This document shows, in pieces, positions 41,015 to 52,832 of a DNA stretch of 64,000 bases. The notes beneath the pieces were generated by a model. It made no database searches. It was not told the origin of the DNA and worked only from the letters and a program-made list of their open reading frames with translations. The stretch covers positions 558,001 through 622,000 of the forward strand of contig LSRY02000036.1 in the NCBI GenBank assembly GCA_001643675.2, given 5' to 3'. The position numbers were made by a program, and so were the translations under genes. This DNA comes from Monocercomonoides exilis PA203 (taxonomy: Eukaryota; Protista; Preaxostyla). Every line of letters begins with the position of its first letter. Within the stretch, counting starts at the first letter, position 1.

Positions 41015-41531
41015 ATGAGAAGGCATAGAATCAACAGATGAAATACAAATAGGTTTCACAATGATTGCGAAAAGAGGATAAAATTTGCATTCTTCAATTT
41101 CATTTTGAATTGGCAAAGAAGACGGAAAATGGGAAATTCGATCAAAATTGCTGGGTTTTTTACCTGCAAACTGCAAAAGATGGCTTGATGGATATTTTGA
41201 GGGATGAAGAAGAGAATTTATAAATGGGTTCGGAGAAATCGTCTTCGGAGAAATAGAATTTGTTGGAAATGAAGAAAATGAAGAATTTGAAGGATCTTCG
41301 AAGAGATTGATGGGAAAAGCGTTGAAGAAGGAGAAAGAAGAAGAAATGGAATTGATGCGATTGAGAAATAGAAGAAGAAAGATGGAAATAAGTGAAGTTG
41401 AGGAGGAAGAGGAAGATGATGAAAAAGAGGATGGAGAATGTGAAGAAAGCGATAACGATGAGGTTGACAATACGCTCACTGGGATTAAAAGAAGATACAG
41501 AGAAGAAGAAGGCTTTTCTGTTGGAAAGTGA
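41015..41531 (+). pseudogene. Decayed coding remnant with acidic C-terminus
   Basis: Protein-like frame (GKWEIRSKLLGFLPANCKRWLDGYFEG*RREFINGFGEIVFGE...) interrupted by stops. Its 3' end is part of the inverted duplication. Confidence 0.3.
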
Positions 41532-44139
41532 TGTTGAATACAGAAATAAAATGAACAATTAATGAGACATCGTTCATTCATTCATCTGGTTATTCTATTG
41601 AATTCAACTGAACATGAAATGCTCAATCAAACAAGACAAATCGAATAATTCGATTTTTTCTTTCATCTGAGCTGACGGTATTATCGGAACATGAATCATT
41701 GAATTTGGTTCCCCTTCATTCAGATTGAATGCGATTCAAAAAAAGAAAATGAATTCCTTCCATTGAAGACTGTTCATTGTTTTCTCCCAAATAAGAAATG
41801 GCGATTTGTGCGCAATCTTTGTATTTCTCAAGGCCAAGTTGCTTTTGCTGTTTCCTTTTTTCCATCTCGTTTTGTCTGGAAAAAATGCCTTTTTCTGTTG
41901 AATTTGCAAAACAATTCGCAGTTTTAAAAAAGGTCATTTTCTTCTTCTTCGTATGTTGTGTCTTTGTCTGATCTTCAAAACGATAAAGCTTTGTTGTTGG
42001 AGTTGGTCTCTCAAATAAAACTTTTTTTTCTTATTTCCAAATTCCAAATGTCATTTTGGGCTTGGCGAATTTTATTCGATTCTTTCTTCATATTTGTTTG
42101 TTCTGCATTCGTATCATTTTGAAACAATTGCTCTTTTCTTTTGCTCTTCTTATCTTTTTTGATTGTGAAATTCTTTCATCTTCAACAGTTCAACGAGTCA
42201 TTTTAATAAGAAAATTAAAAAGAAGGCAAGTGAAAAATAGATAACATTGTTAAGGTGTGCAAACATTTGTTCTCCTTGTTTCAGTCAGAATTGTTGAAGC
42301 CAAATGAGAAAAATATTTTCGTTCAAGAATCGTTTTATTTGTCCGTTTCTATTTTCTCATAAAAAGAATTTCTTTTGTTTCTTAGAAGTGATTGCAATTC
42401 CAATCTCAGAGTGCATTTGCTTCAAATAGAAAAAAGACAAAGGAAAATATCATCATAATGAATTTCTGTTGGTTTGATCAATCAGAAACAAAAGGTTTTC
42501 CATTCTTTCCTCGTTCAGTGGAGCTCTGCTGTCTCGTTGAACTTTTATTGCAAAAACAATTGTATTAAAAAACAAAGCAATTTGTGTTGAAGTTGCACTT
42601 GCTTCTTGAAAGAAAATAAATGATGTTTGAATTTTTCGTTTATTTTGTTGAGAAAAGAATGAATATGAACATGTTATTCACTGAACATGATAAGCAGAAA
42701 GGATTTTCGAGCTATTGATAAGTCTATCGATAAGTTCAAAAAGATGACATTAAAAGAACATTTTTCAGGTTTGTTCATGATTCTGTGATTTGAAGCCCAA
42801 TTCTGTTTATTTTATTATTATTTTCGAAGAATTTCTTCATGAGCTGGGACGTTGCGATGAGAATGCACAAAGACAGAAAATCCTTGAAATGAATGAAATA
42901 ATTGACGAAATGGAGGAAGAAGAATTCAAATCTGTCTTCACAAAAGAAATGTTCAATAAAATGGACGAAATGATTAAAGAAGGGGAAGTGAAAATTGAAA
43001 ATGCTTTTTATTTGCTGAAACACCTTGGATATTGCATCTTTTTGAAAGATATGTGGGCTTTTGGTTTTTGGTATTCTTCATTGAACAAAAGATTCGAGAA
43101 AATGATAATTGACGAATGTGAGAAGAAAGAAGAAAAAAATGATAGACTGCTGGTTGATCTTTGTGAATGCTATGCTTCCTTTAGATCCAACTTCTCAAAG
43201 GAATGGATATCAATCATTGTGCCTTGCCTTCTGAAAGCTGCATCGAGGAAAGAGGAGAGCAAAGAAGTCCAGAAAGACGTGGAAATGGCATTGTTGGCCT
43301 TGTGTAATACTAAATATTATGTATGAGCACTTCTATTTCCTTTTTGAAGTTATTGAATTTTTTCATTTTTTTATAAGCTTATCGAACAAGAACTTTACGT
43401 AAATGAGATCAAAGAAATCATCAAATATCATCAAGAACATCACAATCTAACACAACTTGCGTATCAATATGCTTGGGAGTTTTTGATCAACAGATTATTC
43501 TGCGACACATCTTTGGAAGATGTTGTTGTGAATGAACTGCATTTTTCCAGAGAAGCAGCAAGAGAATTAGAAGAGCTGACAAGACGTGTGGAATGGAAGA
43601 GAAAAAAAGAAGAAAGAAGAAAAGAAACGAAAGAAGAGCTTGCGATAACAAGATGGCTCGACTTATTATGTTGTAATTTTCTCTATCGTCTGTTGATGAA
43701 TGAAGAATATTCTGGGATTATCCAAAGCATTGCACTGTTATTCAGAGCATCAAGGGATAATTACAGCAAATTTGGCTACAGTTGCTTTGATCTTTTCGAG
43801 AGAATGGCAATTTTCAGAGGATTGAAAGTTGAAGACTTGTTAAAAGGTGGAGCAATTGATGCAGTTTTGGAAGAGATACAGCGGCCAACGTTGAATGACA
43901 AGATGGTATATAACTGCTTGGAATTTTTTATGAATGTTTCACAGAGATTGAAAGAAAAGAAGAAAGATGAAATGGAAGAAGAGAAAAGAAAGAAGATAAA
44001 AAGGAAGATATTTGAAAGGATGGAAGAAGAAGGATACGAAGATATTATCGAAAGCTTTTATGAAAGATTTGAATTTTTCAACAGACAATATTATCGAAAA
44101 CTATCGTTGAACATTTCTGATTATTTAATAAGTGTTTAG
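41420..44139 (+). repeat. Inverted segmental duplication, arm 1 (pairs with 53310-56045)
   Basis: 41420-42900 is highly similar to the reverse complement of 54560-56045; similarity continues at a lower level through the paralogous CDS. Confidence 0.92.
42687..44139 (+). CDS. 3-exon helical (ARM/HEAT-like) multigene-family protein, ~444 aa; exons 42687-42768, 42830-43320, 43378-44139
   Basis: Introns GTTTGT..GAAG (61 nt) and GTATGA..TAAG (57 nt) join the track ORFs into one open frame (MISRKDFRAID...FLHELGRC...LIEQELYVNEIKEII). Intron positions are conserved in two paralogs. Confidence 0.82.
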
Positions 44140-45843
44140 GGAAACAAAATACATTGCACCCTAAAAAACAAAATTTTCACTTTTTTCATTTTATCACAAA
44201 AAATCATGTGAATATTTTTTATTGTTTATTTTTCCCAATTTCAAAAAAGAAAAATATATTCGATTGACGGTTCAATGCTCTCTTTTCTTCATCAAAAGCC
44301 TTTTCCAAATGATTTATCCATTCATCAATTTCATGAAAAAATAAAGAACATTTATTTGTTCATTCATCAACTTGAAAAGTCTCTTTTCTGATCCTTTGAG
44401 GAGTTAATAATCCTTCAGATTCTTCCCTGGCTTTTCCTTGTTTCATATGATCTCATTGAGACTGAAGATGAGAAATTAAAACCCTGCAGACAAAAAAGGA
44501 GTTTCAAAGACGAATGCAAATGGAAAGATGAAGATGCTTTCTTTTTGACCAGTGGAGAGTTGATTGCATTTTCTCATCCAAAAATGTCCTCTTTCTCTTT
44601 CCCATTTTCTCGTTCTGTTTCGTCTTCCAATGCGCCTTGGCAAGCAGTCATTAAGAATATAGCATTCACGGTCAATTCCATCTGAGAAAGAGAAAAGAAG
44701 ACTTCACAAAGAATGAATAAGTGGAATTAGAAGTAATAAAATAGAAATGATCAAGATGTTGAAGAAATATGTTGAAGGATTTGAAGAAAAAGAAGTAGAG
44801 AAGAAGAAAATAGAGAAGAAGAAGAAGAGCAGTTGGTTTCCCTTGTTGTGAAGTTGACTCAAGAAAGTGGAAGATGACTGTGCTTTTTCTGCAATCAGCC
44901 TCCAATCAGTGAAATGATGTTTGCAAGGGAAAGAATTTGACAGAAGATGAATTTCCAAAATGTTCCCTTTCATGCCAGGTGAAGATGTTATTATGGGTGC
45001 TTTTTGGCTTTTCTTGACTCGCAAACTGGCTTCAGCTGGAATAACAAGCGAAAAAAGAAAATTCCTCTCCAGAAAGTTCATTGTGAAGTCTCAGAAACAA
45101 GCAGGCCAAGAATGGATCACTTCAAGCTCCAAAGGAGAAAACAGCTTTTCCTTCCTCTTCTTCTATCCTTTTTAATTTGATTTTATTTGTTTTTGTTTGA
45201 AAGTGAACTTCAGACAAATCCTGCTTTCATGCGCGTTCACTTGCCTTTGCCTGTGTTGTCTGAAAGAAACAGAATATCTGTTTGTCTGAGCAGTGAGTTG
45301 TCATCTTTGAAGAAATAATTATCAAAGGGAATTGGGAAGAGGAAGAGAAAGAGGAACACATGAGATTATGAACATTGATGTGATGTTGCATCCAAAGTGA
45401 AGCTGTGAAAGATTCTTCAAAAATTCAGTGAGATTTGCTGAAATGCAATGGAAAGTGCCGTGTCACAAGCAAACAAACAGAAGAAAAAGAAGATCGATTG
45501 ATTGCTGAAATGAAGATAGATGCTATGTGAATGTGTGAATGAATGAAGGAGAGGGTGTGAGTGAAGTCGAAGTGGAAGATGAAAATGGCAAGAGTAAATG
45601 AAATGAATGAAGAATGAACAATTTTTGTGGAATATTCTTTGTGTCAAGCAAAATATGTGATTTCAGAACAAAATCTTTTCTCTTCTTTTCTCTTCTCCAC
45701 TTTTCTCATTATCTTTTTTCTGCTAATTTTCTGTCTTCTGCCTCTTCTGAACCTCATTTTCAATTCTATTCCGTTTCATTCCGCTCTTCCACAGCTTTTC
45801 TGAGAGCATGACAGAAGGAATGGAATCAAAAAGAGCATTTGCT

Positions 45844-47355
45844 TTACAGACGCACATGAAGGAATTCTGCATTTGAAGTTAAATTATCGTCTCCAATTAT
45901 CTCTTTAACAAAAAACAATAGCAATCCGGTTATGCAATCTTCGTATCCTTCTTCTTCCATCTTTTCAAATAATTCAATTTTTGCTGCCTTTCTTTTCGCT
46001 TCTTCCGTTTCATCACCAGTCTTTCCTTTCAACATTTCACAAATCCTTTTAAAGAATTCAAAATAATCGTAAGCATGTTCATCTTTAAATGTTGTTTGCC
46101 TTATTTCCTCCAAAAATACATCAACAACTCCGCCTTTCAACAAATCACCAATTCGTGTATCTCTATTTTCCGCAAATATTCTCAAAGAATAAATGCACCA
46201 GTGGCTGATTTCTTCATTGTTCTCCTTTGCCATTCGAAGCAGTTGAATAATGCTGCTGATAAGCTCAACATTTCTTTCGTTCCACAATTTGTGGGAGGAT
46301 AAAAATGTGTAAAATAATCGGAGTCATTTCACAAAACAAAATGGTCTTTTGTTTCTTCTTCTTTTCTCGACCAATTCACATTTCTTGTCAGCTCTTCCAG
46401 TTCTCTTGCTGCCTCTCTCGCAAAATGCAGTTCTTCAGCAATTGCGCCATTCAAACAACGATCTCTGAATAATCTTTGAATCAAAAACTCCCAAGCTGAT
46501 TGATACGCCAGATGGATTAGATTGTAATTCTCCTGATGATATTTGATGATTTCTTTGATTTTATCCAGAAACAATTTTTTCCTCACTTTCTATTTAAAAA
46601 AACAAGAATAATAGCAATAAACAAAAATAAATGCAATTCATTCAATCAATTAATTCATTAATAAAGTTCACCTCAAATTTCCCAATGTTGCTCAAAGCTA
46701 ACAAAGCTAATTCAGTTTCTTTTTGAACTTCATCATTTTCCTCTTTATTCAACGCAACTTTCAGAAGATAAGGCACACAAAACGATATCGACTCGGATGA
46801 AAGCTTATTGAAAAGAAAGACATTGCATTCGCAAAGATCAACAAGAAGCTTTTCATCCTTATCTTCTTCCTTTTTCTTTTCTTCATCGGAAATCATCTTT
46901 TCGAATCTTTTGCTCAACGAAGTTTTTCTGAATTCAGAAATCCCCATATTTTTCAACATTTTGCAATATCCAATGTGCTTCATCAGCAAAATAGACTTTT
47001 CCATCGCCAAATTCTTTTCTTCGATCATTTTGTTCGCTTTATTGAGCATTTCTATCGTGAATATGGATTCAAACTCTTTTCTGCCCATTTTCTCAACTAT
47101 TCTCCTTATTTCCTCGATTTTCTGTTTCTGTTCATCCTCATCGCAATCTTCCAACTCAGAAAACTCCTCTTCAAAAATCACAAAAATATTCTAATCATTG
47201 AAAATTTTATCAGAGAAAAAAAAACCACAAACTTGAAAACTTTTCTGTTAGCTCTGATATGAATTCTTCAATATCATCACCATCAAATTCGTTTTCCCTT
47301 TTTTCTTCATTATTATCAACGAAGTTAAAATTATTTTTTTACATGTCTTTCTCAT
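45844..47355 (-). pseudogene. Third, disrupted copy of the same helical gene family
   Basis: Same motifs (ELEDCDEDEQKQKIEE, LLVDLCEC, FAREAARELEEL, EKMEEEGYED). Introns 47232-47169 and 46671-46590. Frameshift plus TGA near 46325-46331, and no in-frame ATG for exon 1. Confidence 0.78.
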
Positions 47356-47711
47356 CCTCAAAGTTAAATATTGGAATTATTTTGCTCATCAGATAATCTG
47401 GGCATTCAAAAAATATCACCAATTTCACAAACAAGATAATCGATTGATTCAAACATATTTGTTTTTCAAACAAGCTCTGGGTTCACAATTTCAAATCAAA
47501 TAGATTTTCTTGGTTAATATTTTTTGCTTATAGGGAAAAACTTGCGTGAGCCTTCTCTGTTCCTTTGCTTGAGAAATTAAGCAATTCTTTTTTCTTTGAA
47601 GTGATCAATCCCATTATTTAAATTTCAAGTTTTGGATGTTATTTGTGGACAAATTCTGAGGAAGGAACAATAGATTTTTCGGCAAAAGTCACCTTTGGTT
47701 GGCCTAATTTT

Positions 47712-47717
<6 letters not shown>

Positions 47718-47764
<47 letters not shown>
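47718..47764. repeat. Poly-T tract
   Basis: Directly visible homopolymer upstream of the Merlin remnant. Confidence 0.9.
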
Positions 47765-47944
47765 CGAATGAAGTGCATTGTTAATTAATAAAAAGTGTTC
47801 ATATGTGATATTTTAGGTGAATTGAAGTGCGGAAATGTGTTTATAAATAAAAAAATAATGGATATTTTTTTAAATTTATGGGATGTGATCATTATTTTTT
47901 TTGTTTGATCGAAAATTCAAAAGAATCGAAAAGAAGTTCATAAG

Positions 47945-48700
47945 CTATTAAAGACATTTCTGAACAAAACAATGCTTGGCAATGGATGTTTGGAACAATA
48001 CTGAAAGGAAAATCCCCTTTTTGCAGGAGACACAGAATTCCAATGAATTTTATCGGAGAGAATACAGGGAAGAAGTGTTGGAGATGCAAAAAATAAAGGG
48101 CGAAACGTTCATTATTTCATGGAAGTCAGTTTAAAAAAATGCACATCAAAATTGAAAAAGTGCTGTTGATTATTCTCTTTTTTTGGATTGGAATGACCAT
48201 CAAACATGGAAGTCTTCTACTCAGTATTCACAGGCACTCAGTCGGTTTTTGGTACAGTGCATGTGGATATGCTTGCAAACAATACCTAATATACTAGCCT
48301 ATTCAACTTGGAGGTGAAAGCAAGACAGTGAAAATAGATGAATGCTTTTTACGTCGAAGAAAATATCGAAGAGGAAGATACAAGAGGAAACAATGGATTT
48401 TTGGAGTAATCGAAAGAAGATAGTGTCTGCAAGTTTGGAAAAAAATGCTATGGATCTTCAAAGATTGTTCAAGAAGTTCTTTGTTACCTATTATAAAACA
48501 GCACATATTGCCTGGAACCACTGTAATGAGTGATTCTTGGAGAGCATATGCAACATTGGCAAAAGAAGGCTATTCAGTCAAAACCGGGGATGATCTCATC
48601 GAAAACATTCACATTCGTTTTCAGTCACATTCTTCCATGCACCGACATTTTTGGTCAATTTTTCATTCATTTTCCATCGCATGTTATCACAGGGCTGAAA
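47945..48700 (+). pseudogene. Merlin (IS1595/ISXO2-like) DDE transposase pseudogene
   Basis: Translation gives a Zn-ribbon-like CRRHRIPM...CWRCKK, then QLGGESKTVKIDECFLRRRKYRRGRYKRKQWIFGVIER and, after a frameshift, LLPIIKQHILPGTTVMSDSWRAYATLAKEGYSVKT. These are hallmark Merlin motifs. Several stops; the NH/E catalytic segment appears deleted. Confidence 0.88.
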
Positions 48701-49040
48701 ATATATAATCACATTTTTTATTATTATGATGTGTGAAATTTTCAATGAAAATTCGATTTTTTGATCAAAGATTTCAATATTTTGATTTTTCAAAATTTTA
48801 TTTAAATAAGTCTAAATAACATAATAAAACATTAAAACAATTTTTTTTTATTGAAAAATGTGTTTTTGTGAAGAATTTTCAAAAATTAAAAAATCTACCT
48901 AAAATTAATAATTTCAAAATTTTCTTTTTATTTTTTTTTTGTGTTTAGGATCATCATGCATAATCACAATTCGATATTGTCACAAAAAGAAGTGCAAAAA
49001 CCGATGTGATTTTATCCGGTTTTGACTATAAATACATTTG

Positions 49041-49291
49041 GGTGATTCTTTTTAAAATCATATTATTCCATTCAAAAATTCCAAATAGAAAACTTCATTT
49101 TAATATCAACAAAAGAACACTGAAAAATGAAAAGGCTTATTGAAAACATCTTCATAAACATTTGAGCAATAATTTTTTTATTTGAATAATGATGGTATTC
49201 TTGACTTTTGGAAGAAAATAAAATGGTCAAAGTCGAAAAACATTTAATCATTCAACTCACTTAAAAAAGTTATGATTTTGGAAATAATCAC
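49041..49291. mobile_element. ~250-bp MITE-like element (copy 1), degenerate TIRs
   Basis: Ends GGTGATTCTTTTTAAAATCATA / TATGATTTTGGAAATAATCAC. Colinear, in reverse orientation, with 59896-60148. Confidence 0.65.
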
Positions 49292-50261
49292 AAATTTGTT
49301 TTATTTTCTTTCTTTCTTTCTATCTTTCTTTTTTTGAAAAAACAATTTTCCAATCAAGTTTCCACTTTTCATGTCAAAAAAAATTATTGAAATATTTATT
49401 TTGTGTCAAATGCAGGTGAAAATGAAAATTGAATATTTTCATTAGATTCTCTTTCCAATTCATCAGAAATTTGATGAAAATATTCAATTTTCATTTCCAT
49501 CTGAATATAAAACAAGAGGAACATTTAGAATTATTTGTACCATTTAATTTTTTTGTTGTTCTTTTTTGTGATTTTTTTTATTCTTTTCCAGACGAACTAA
49601 CGTATTATTGCAAGCATCTGCATCAAAAGATATGGGGCATATTTTTTGCATTTATAGAAAATTCAACGATTTGTTCCTAACTTTTTCTGCAATCAAATAA
49701 TTGTAATTCTGACATTCTCACGCAAAATCAAACATAGAAGTATTGATATGTTGAGAAAAATCTTCAAAGCGCAATTTGGAACAAAATTCACAAAGCAAAA
49801 TAGTTCGTCCCATATTGAAATAGAATCACAAACATGTCAGAGAAAAAGCTTTCTTGAAGGAATAATTTCATTTTCAAGTCAAACAAACTCGTTTTTCTTA
49901 TTGTTAAAGGTTAAGAAATACACAAACTACCGGTTTTTCCACAAACTACTTCTTTATTAACCAAGGGAAAATAAATCTCCCTCAAATTTCTGAATGAAAT
50001 TCAAAAAAATAAAAATAAAAATAAAAAATGTTAAGTTATCATTTACAACAGATGCTAAATTAACTGGATAAATATGAAAAACTTAAAAATAAAACAAAAC
50101 TTATAAAAATTTATGAACATTTAAAACATTAAACAACAATACTTCGATTTATGAAAAAATCGTATTGAATACACAAATAATCTCTCTATACAGTTATTAA
50201 AAATAAAATGTTATATAAAAACTCTTCATAGATAAGTCTACAAAGGCAGTCTTTTTTTTTT

Positions 50262-52832
50262 CTATCCCCACAGCATTTCAAACTCTTTCAACAGCATCCA
50301 CTCACGTGGGTCTCCCCCATACGCTTTCCTCACAATTAGTATCTTCTTCTCCCTATCGTACTCAAACGATGATGCCCTTTGGTCGTTGAAATGGATCTTG
50401 CTCGGCTCCTCTGCCACACCCAGAATCCTGATCTCCTCCAGCACGTGCATCGAGTTGTACCCAACTTCCGTCACTGACACAGACAGCCTTCCGCCTTTCT
50501 TGCCACGGCCCCTCTGCGTAACTTGGAACCTCACCGCAGACTTCTTGCAGTCCCCGTTCTCATCAACACTCTCACCGTCATCCACAGAGATATATCCAAA
50601 GGCACACTCGTTGTAATCCAGCGCTGCAATAACTGTGAATGGAGCATCTTTCATATTCATCAGCCGCCGAGCCACGTAGTTCTGCTTTGTGAATATCGCC
50701 CCGCCCCGAATATGAACTGGAATTGTGTTCAGATCTGCTGGCAGATCCACTTCAACACCGTTCAGCTCTCTAAATTCATTGCTTTCATTCGAGCTCTCCT
50801 CCTCTTCATTCGCCTCGACGCTCTTGTCTTCTGCCCCTGACCAGTAATCATACCACCTCGCCCTCGGGAAGTAGCAGCCTGTGGCCTTCTTTGCTCCTGG
50901 CTCAAGCACTGGGGAGACTAGAAGCGCACTGCCCAGCATCGCCTGGCTGTCGATTTTCAGGCAATTTGAGTCTCCTGGAAATTCCATTGAAAGCGAGCGA
51001 ATGATTGGCACACCTTCGTCATGCGATTGATGCATTAGTGTGTAGAAATAGCTCTGGATCTTCTGCCTTTCTTGAAGGAACCTGCGGTTGTATGACGTGT
51101 ACGGCTCTCCAAACGCGTACATCTCCTGCGAAATAGAATCATCAGAGCGGTGGTTTCTAAAGAACGGGTACAGAAAAGCTGCAGCCTCAGTCCAGCGGGT
51201 CAGCAGTTCCGCATTTGTGTCCCCGTTGAAGCCACCCACGTCGCAGCCAGTGAATGGCATGCCAAACAAGCCCGACGAAAGGATCCCGCTGATCGAGTCC
51301 CTCAGATCCTCCCACTTCGCTTCATTTTCACCAAGCCACAAAAAGTTGTTCTTCCCACTTCCTGCAAAACTCGCCCTGGACAAAACAAATGGACGTTTGT
51401 TGCTGTTGACAGCTTTCAGTCCTTCGATTGTGTGGATGTTCTCCATGTGCGCATACAGTGAGTGCGTCAGATAGTACGGCCCTGCAGCAGTGACAGCGTC
51501 AGACTGAACGCCGTGATGATCCAGTTCCCCTGGCGTCCAGGCATATTTAGTCTTTCCTCCATCTTCATCGCACTCGCCATTGCAGAAGTTGGAGATCTCA
51601 TTCATGTCGTTCCAGATCCCATCCAAATTCAGTTCCTTCACAAACTTTGAGATGCGACTCGCCCACCAGCTCCCGCCGCCTGTCGAAAAGAAGTCTGGGA
51701 AGATCGTTCGTCCTGGCCACACTTCGCCAATGTAAGGCTGAGAAGTTCTATTTCTCAAATAGTATCCAGATGAGGCCAGACTTTCATAAGGTTCGTATCC
51801 TGACTCAATCTTCACTCCAGGATTTACAATCGCAACATATCGAATTCTTTTCTTTTCTTTAATGTCAGAAATAAATCGAGCAAACTGAGCTTTGGGGTAA
51901 TTAACAGGATCTGTTGTAAAAAGCTTCTTTCCATCCATATAATCAATATCCGCCCACATTACATCCAATGGTAAGTTATATTTATCGTAATTTTCCACAA
52001 CATTTCGCACATCATCAATTGATTTATAGCCCCAAGCACACTGATGAAATCCAGTTGCCCACTGAGGTACAAGAGCTGGCTTTCCAATTACGTCTGTGTA
52101 TTGCTTAATCACATCTTTTTGGGTTGGACCCAAAAAAATGTAAAAATCTAGCATTTCGCCTGCCATTGCACGATATGTTATCCAACCATCTTGTAATTCA
52201 ACTTGCATTGGTGCACTGTTGCAGAAGAAAATTCCGTGAGCCTTTCCGTTTGGACGAACTTCAACATGAAACGGATGAGATCCATAAAGATTTTGATCAT
52301 CTGGAGGTGTTCCTCTATCTTGGTTGTGTATCGTATAGTTAAACGGATGTTTCAGAGCATATCTGCTTCTTCGACTTCCCAATCCGTATATGACTGAATT
52401 TTTTCCTGTAGTTGTTGTTAAAGAAATAAATTCTTTTTCTAATATAAGCGGGTGATCAAAACGTAGTGTTTGAGTATCAAAAATAACATCTCCAGTATCT
52501 TTTCGCTTGATAATTATTCCTCCTTTATCTATAAATTCAAACACATAATTTGTTTGAGAAGCAGCTTTTGTAACTTCTGAAATCTGCAATACATTTGGGA
52601 TATTCATATATTTTTTTGAACGATCATAAAAACGTATGTGAATACGATCTTTAGTTTGACAATATATGTCAAAACTAAAGAATGTGGGATCAGGTGGAAA
52701 AGGTCCATTTCCTATATATCGCGTGAATGATCCAGTATATCCGTATGCTGTTTCTTTAGCATAAACATCATATCTAGGCAATTCCGCTTCGCAAAATTGC
52801 AACACAATACTGATTGCCACAATCGAAATCAT
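50262..52832 (-). CDS. Secreted/lysosomal-type glycoside hydrolase family 31 (alpha-glucosidase-like), 856 aa, intronless
   Basis: Signal peptide MISIVAISIVLQFCEA from ATG 52832. GH31 motifs NLYGSHPF, WADIDYMD, GEVWPG, DGIWNDMNE (nucleophile), RPFVLSR, GCDVGGF, PFFRNH, IPVHIRGG. The acid/base motif reads WLGEN instead of WxGDN. Confidence 0.95.
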   Translation of the reverse strand: MISIVAISIVLQFCEAELPRYDVYAKETAYGYTGSFTRYIGNGPFPPDPTFFSFDIYCQTKDRIHIRFYDRSKKYMNIPNVLQISEVTKAASQTNYVFEFIDKGGIIIKRKDTGDVIFDTQTLRFDHPLILEKEFISLTTTTGKNSVIYGLGSRRSRYALKHPFNYTIHNQDRGTPPDDQNLYGSHPFHVEVRPNGKAHGIFFCNSAPMQVELQDGWITYRAMAGEMLDFYIFLGPTQKDVIKQYTDVIGKPALVPQWATGFHQCAWGYKSIDDVRNVVENYDKYNLPLDVMWADIDYMDGKKLFTTDPVNYPKAQFARFISDIKEKKRIRYVAIVNPGVKIESGYEPYESLASSGYYLRNRTSQPYIGEVWPGRTIFPDFFSTGGGSWWASRISKFVKELNLDGIWNDMNEISNFCNGECDEDGGKTKYAWTPGELDHHGVQSDAVTAAGPYYLTHSLYAHMENIHTIEGLKAVNSNKRPFVLSRASFAGSGKNNFLWLGENEAKWEDLRDSISGILSSGLFGMPFTGCDVGGFNGDTNAELLTRWTEAAAFLYPFFRNHRSDDSISQEMYAFGEPYTSYNRRFLQERQKIQSYFYTLMHQSHDEGVPIIRSLSMEFPGDSNCLKIDSQAMLGSALLVSPVLEPGAKKATGCYFPRARWYDYWSGAEDKSVEANEEEESSNESNEFRELNGVEVDLPADLNTIPVHIRGGAIFTKQNYVARRLMNMKDAPFTVIAALDYNECAFGYISVDDGESVDENGDCKKSAVRFQVTQRGRGKKGGRLSVSVTEVGYNSMHVLEEIRILGVAEEPSKIHFNDQRASSFEYDREKKILIVRKAYGGDPREWMLLKEFEMLWG

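Noticed and set aside
44380-45810. Coding-like remnant between helical-family genes
   Set aside because: Short ORFs on both strands with no recognisable motif; cannot support a call.
29200-48700. Alternative genetic code (TAA/TAG = Gln) explaining stops in the transposases
   Set aside because: Intact genes contain no in-frame TAA/TAG and end in TAG, TAA or TGA. The relics also have TGA stops and frameshifts, consistent with decay.
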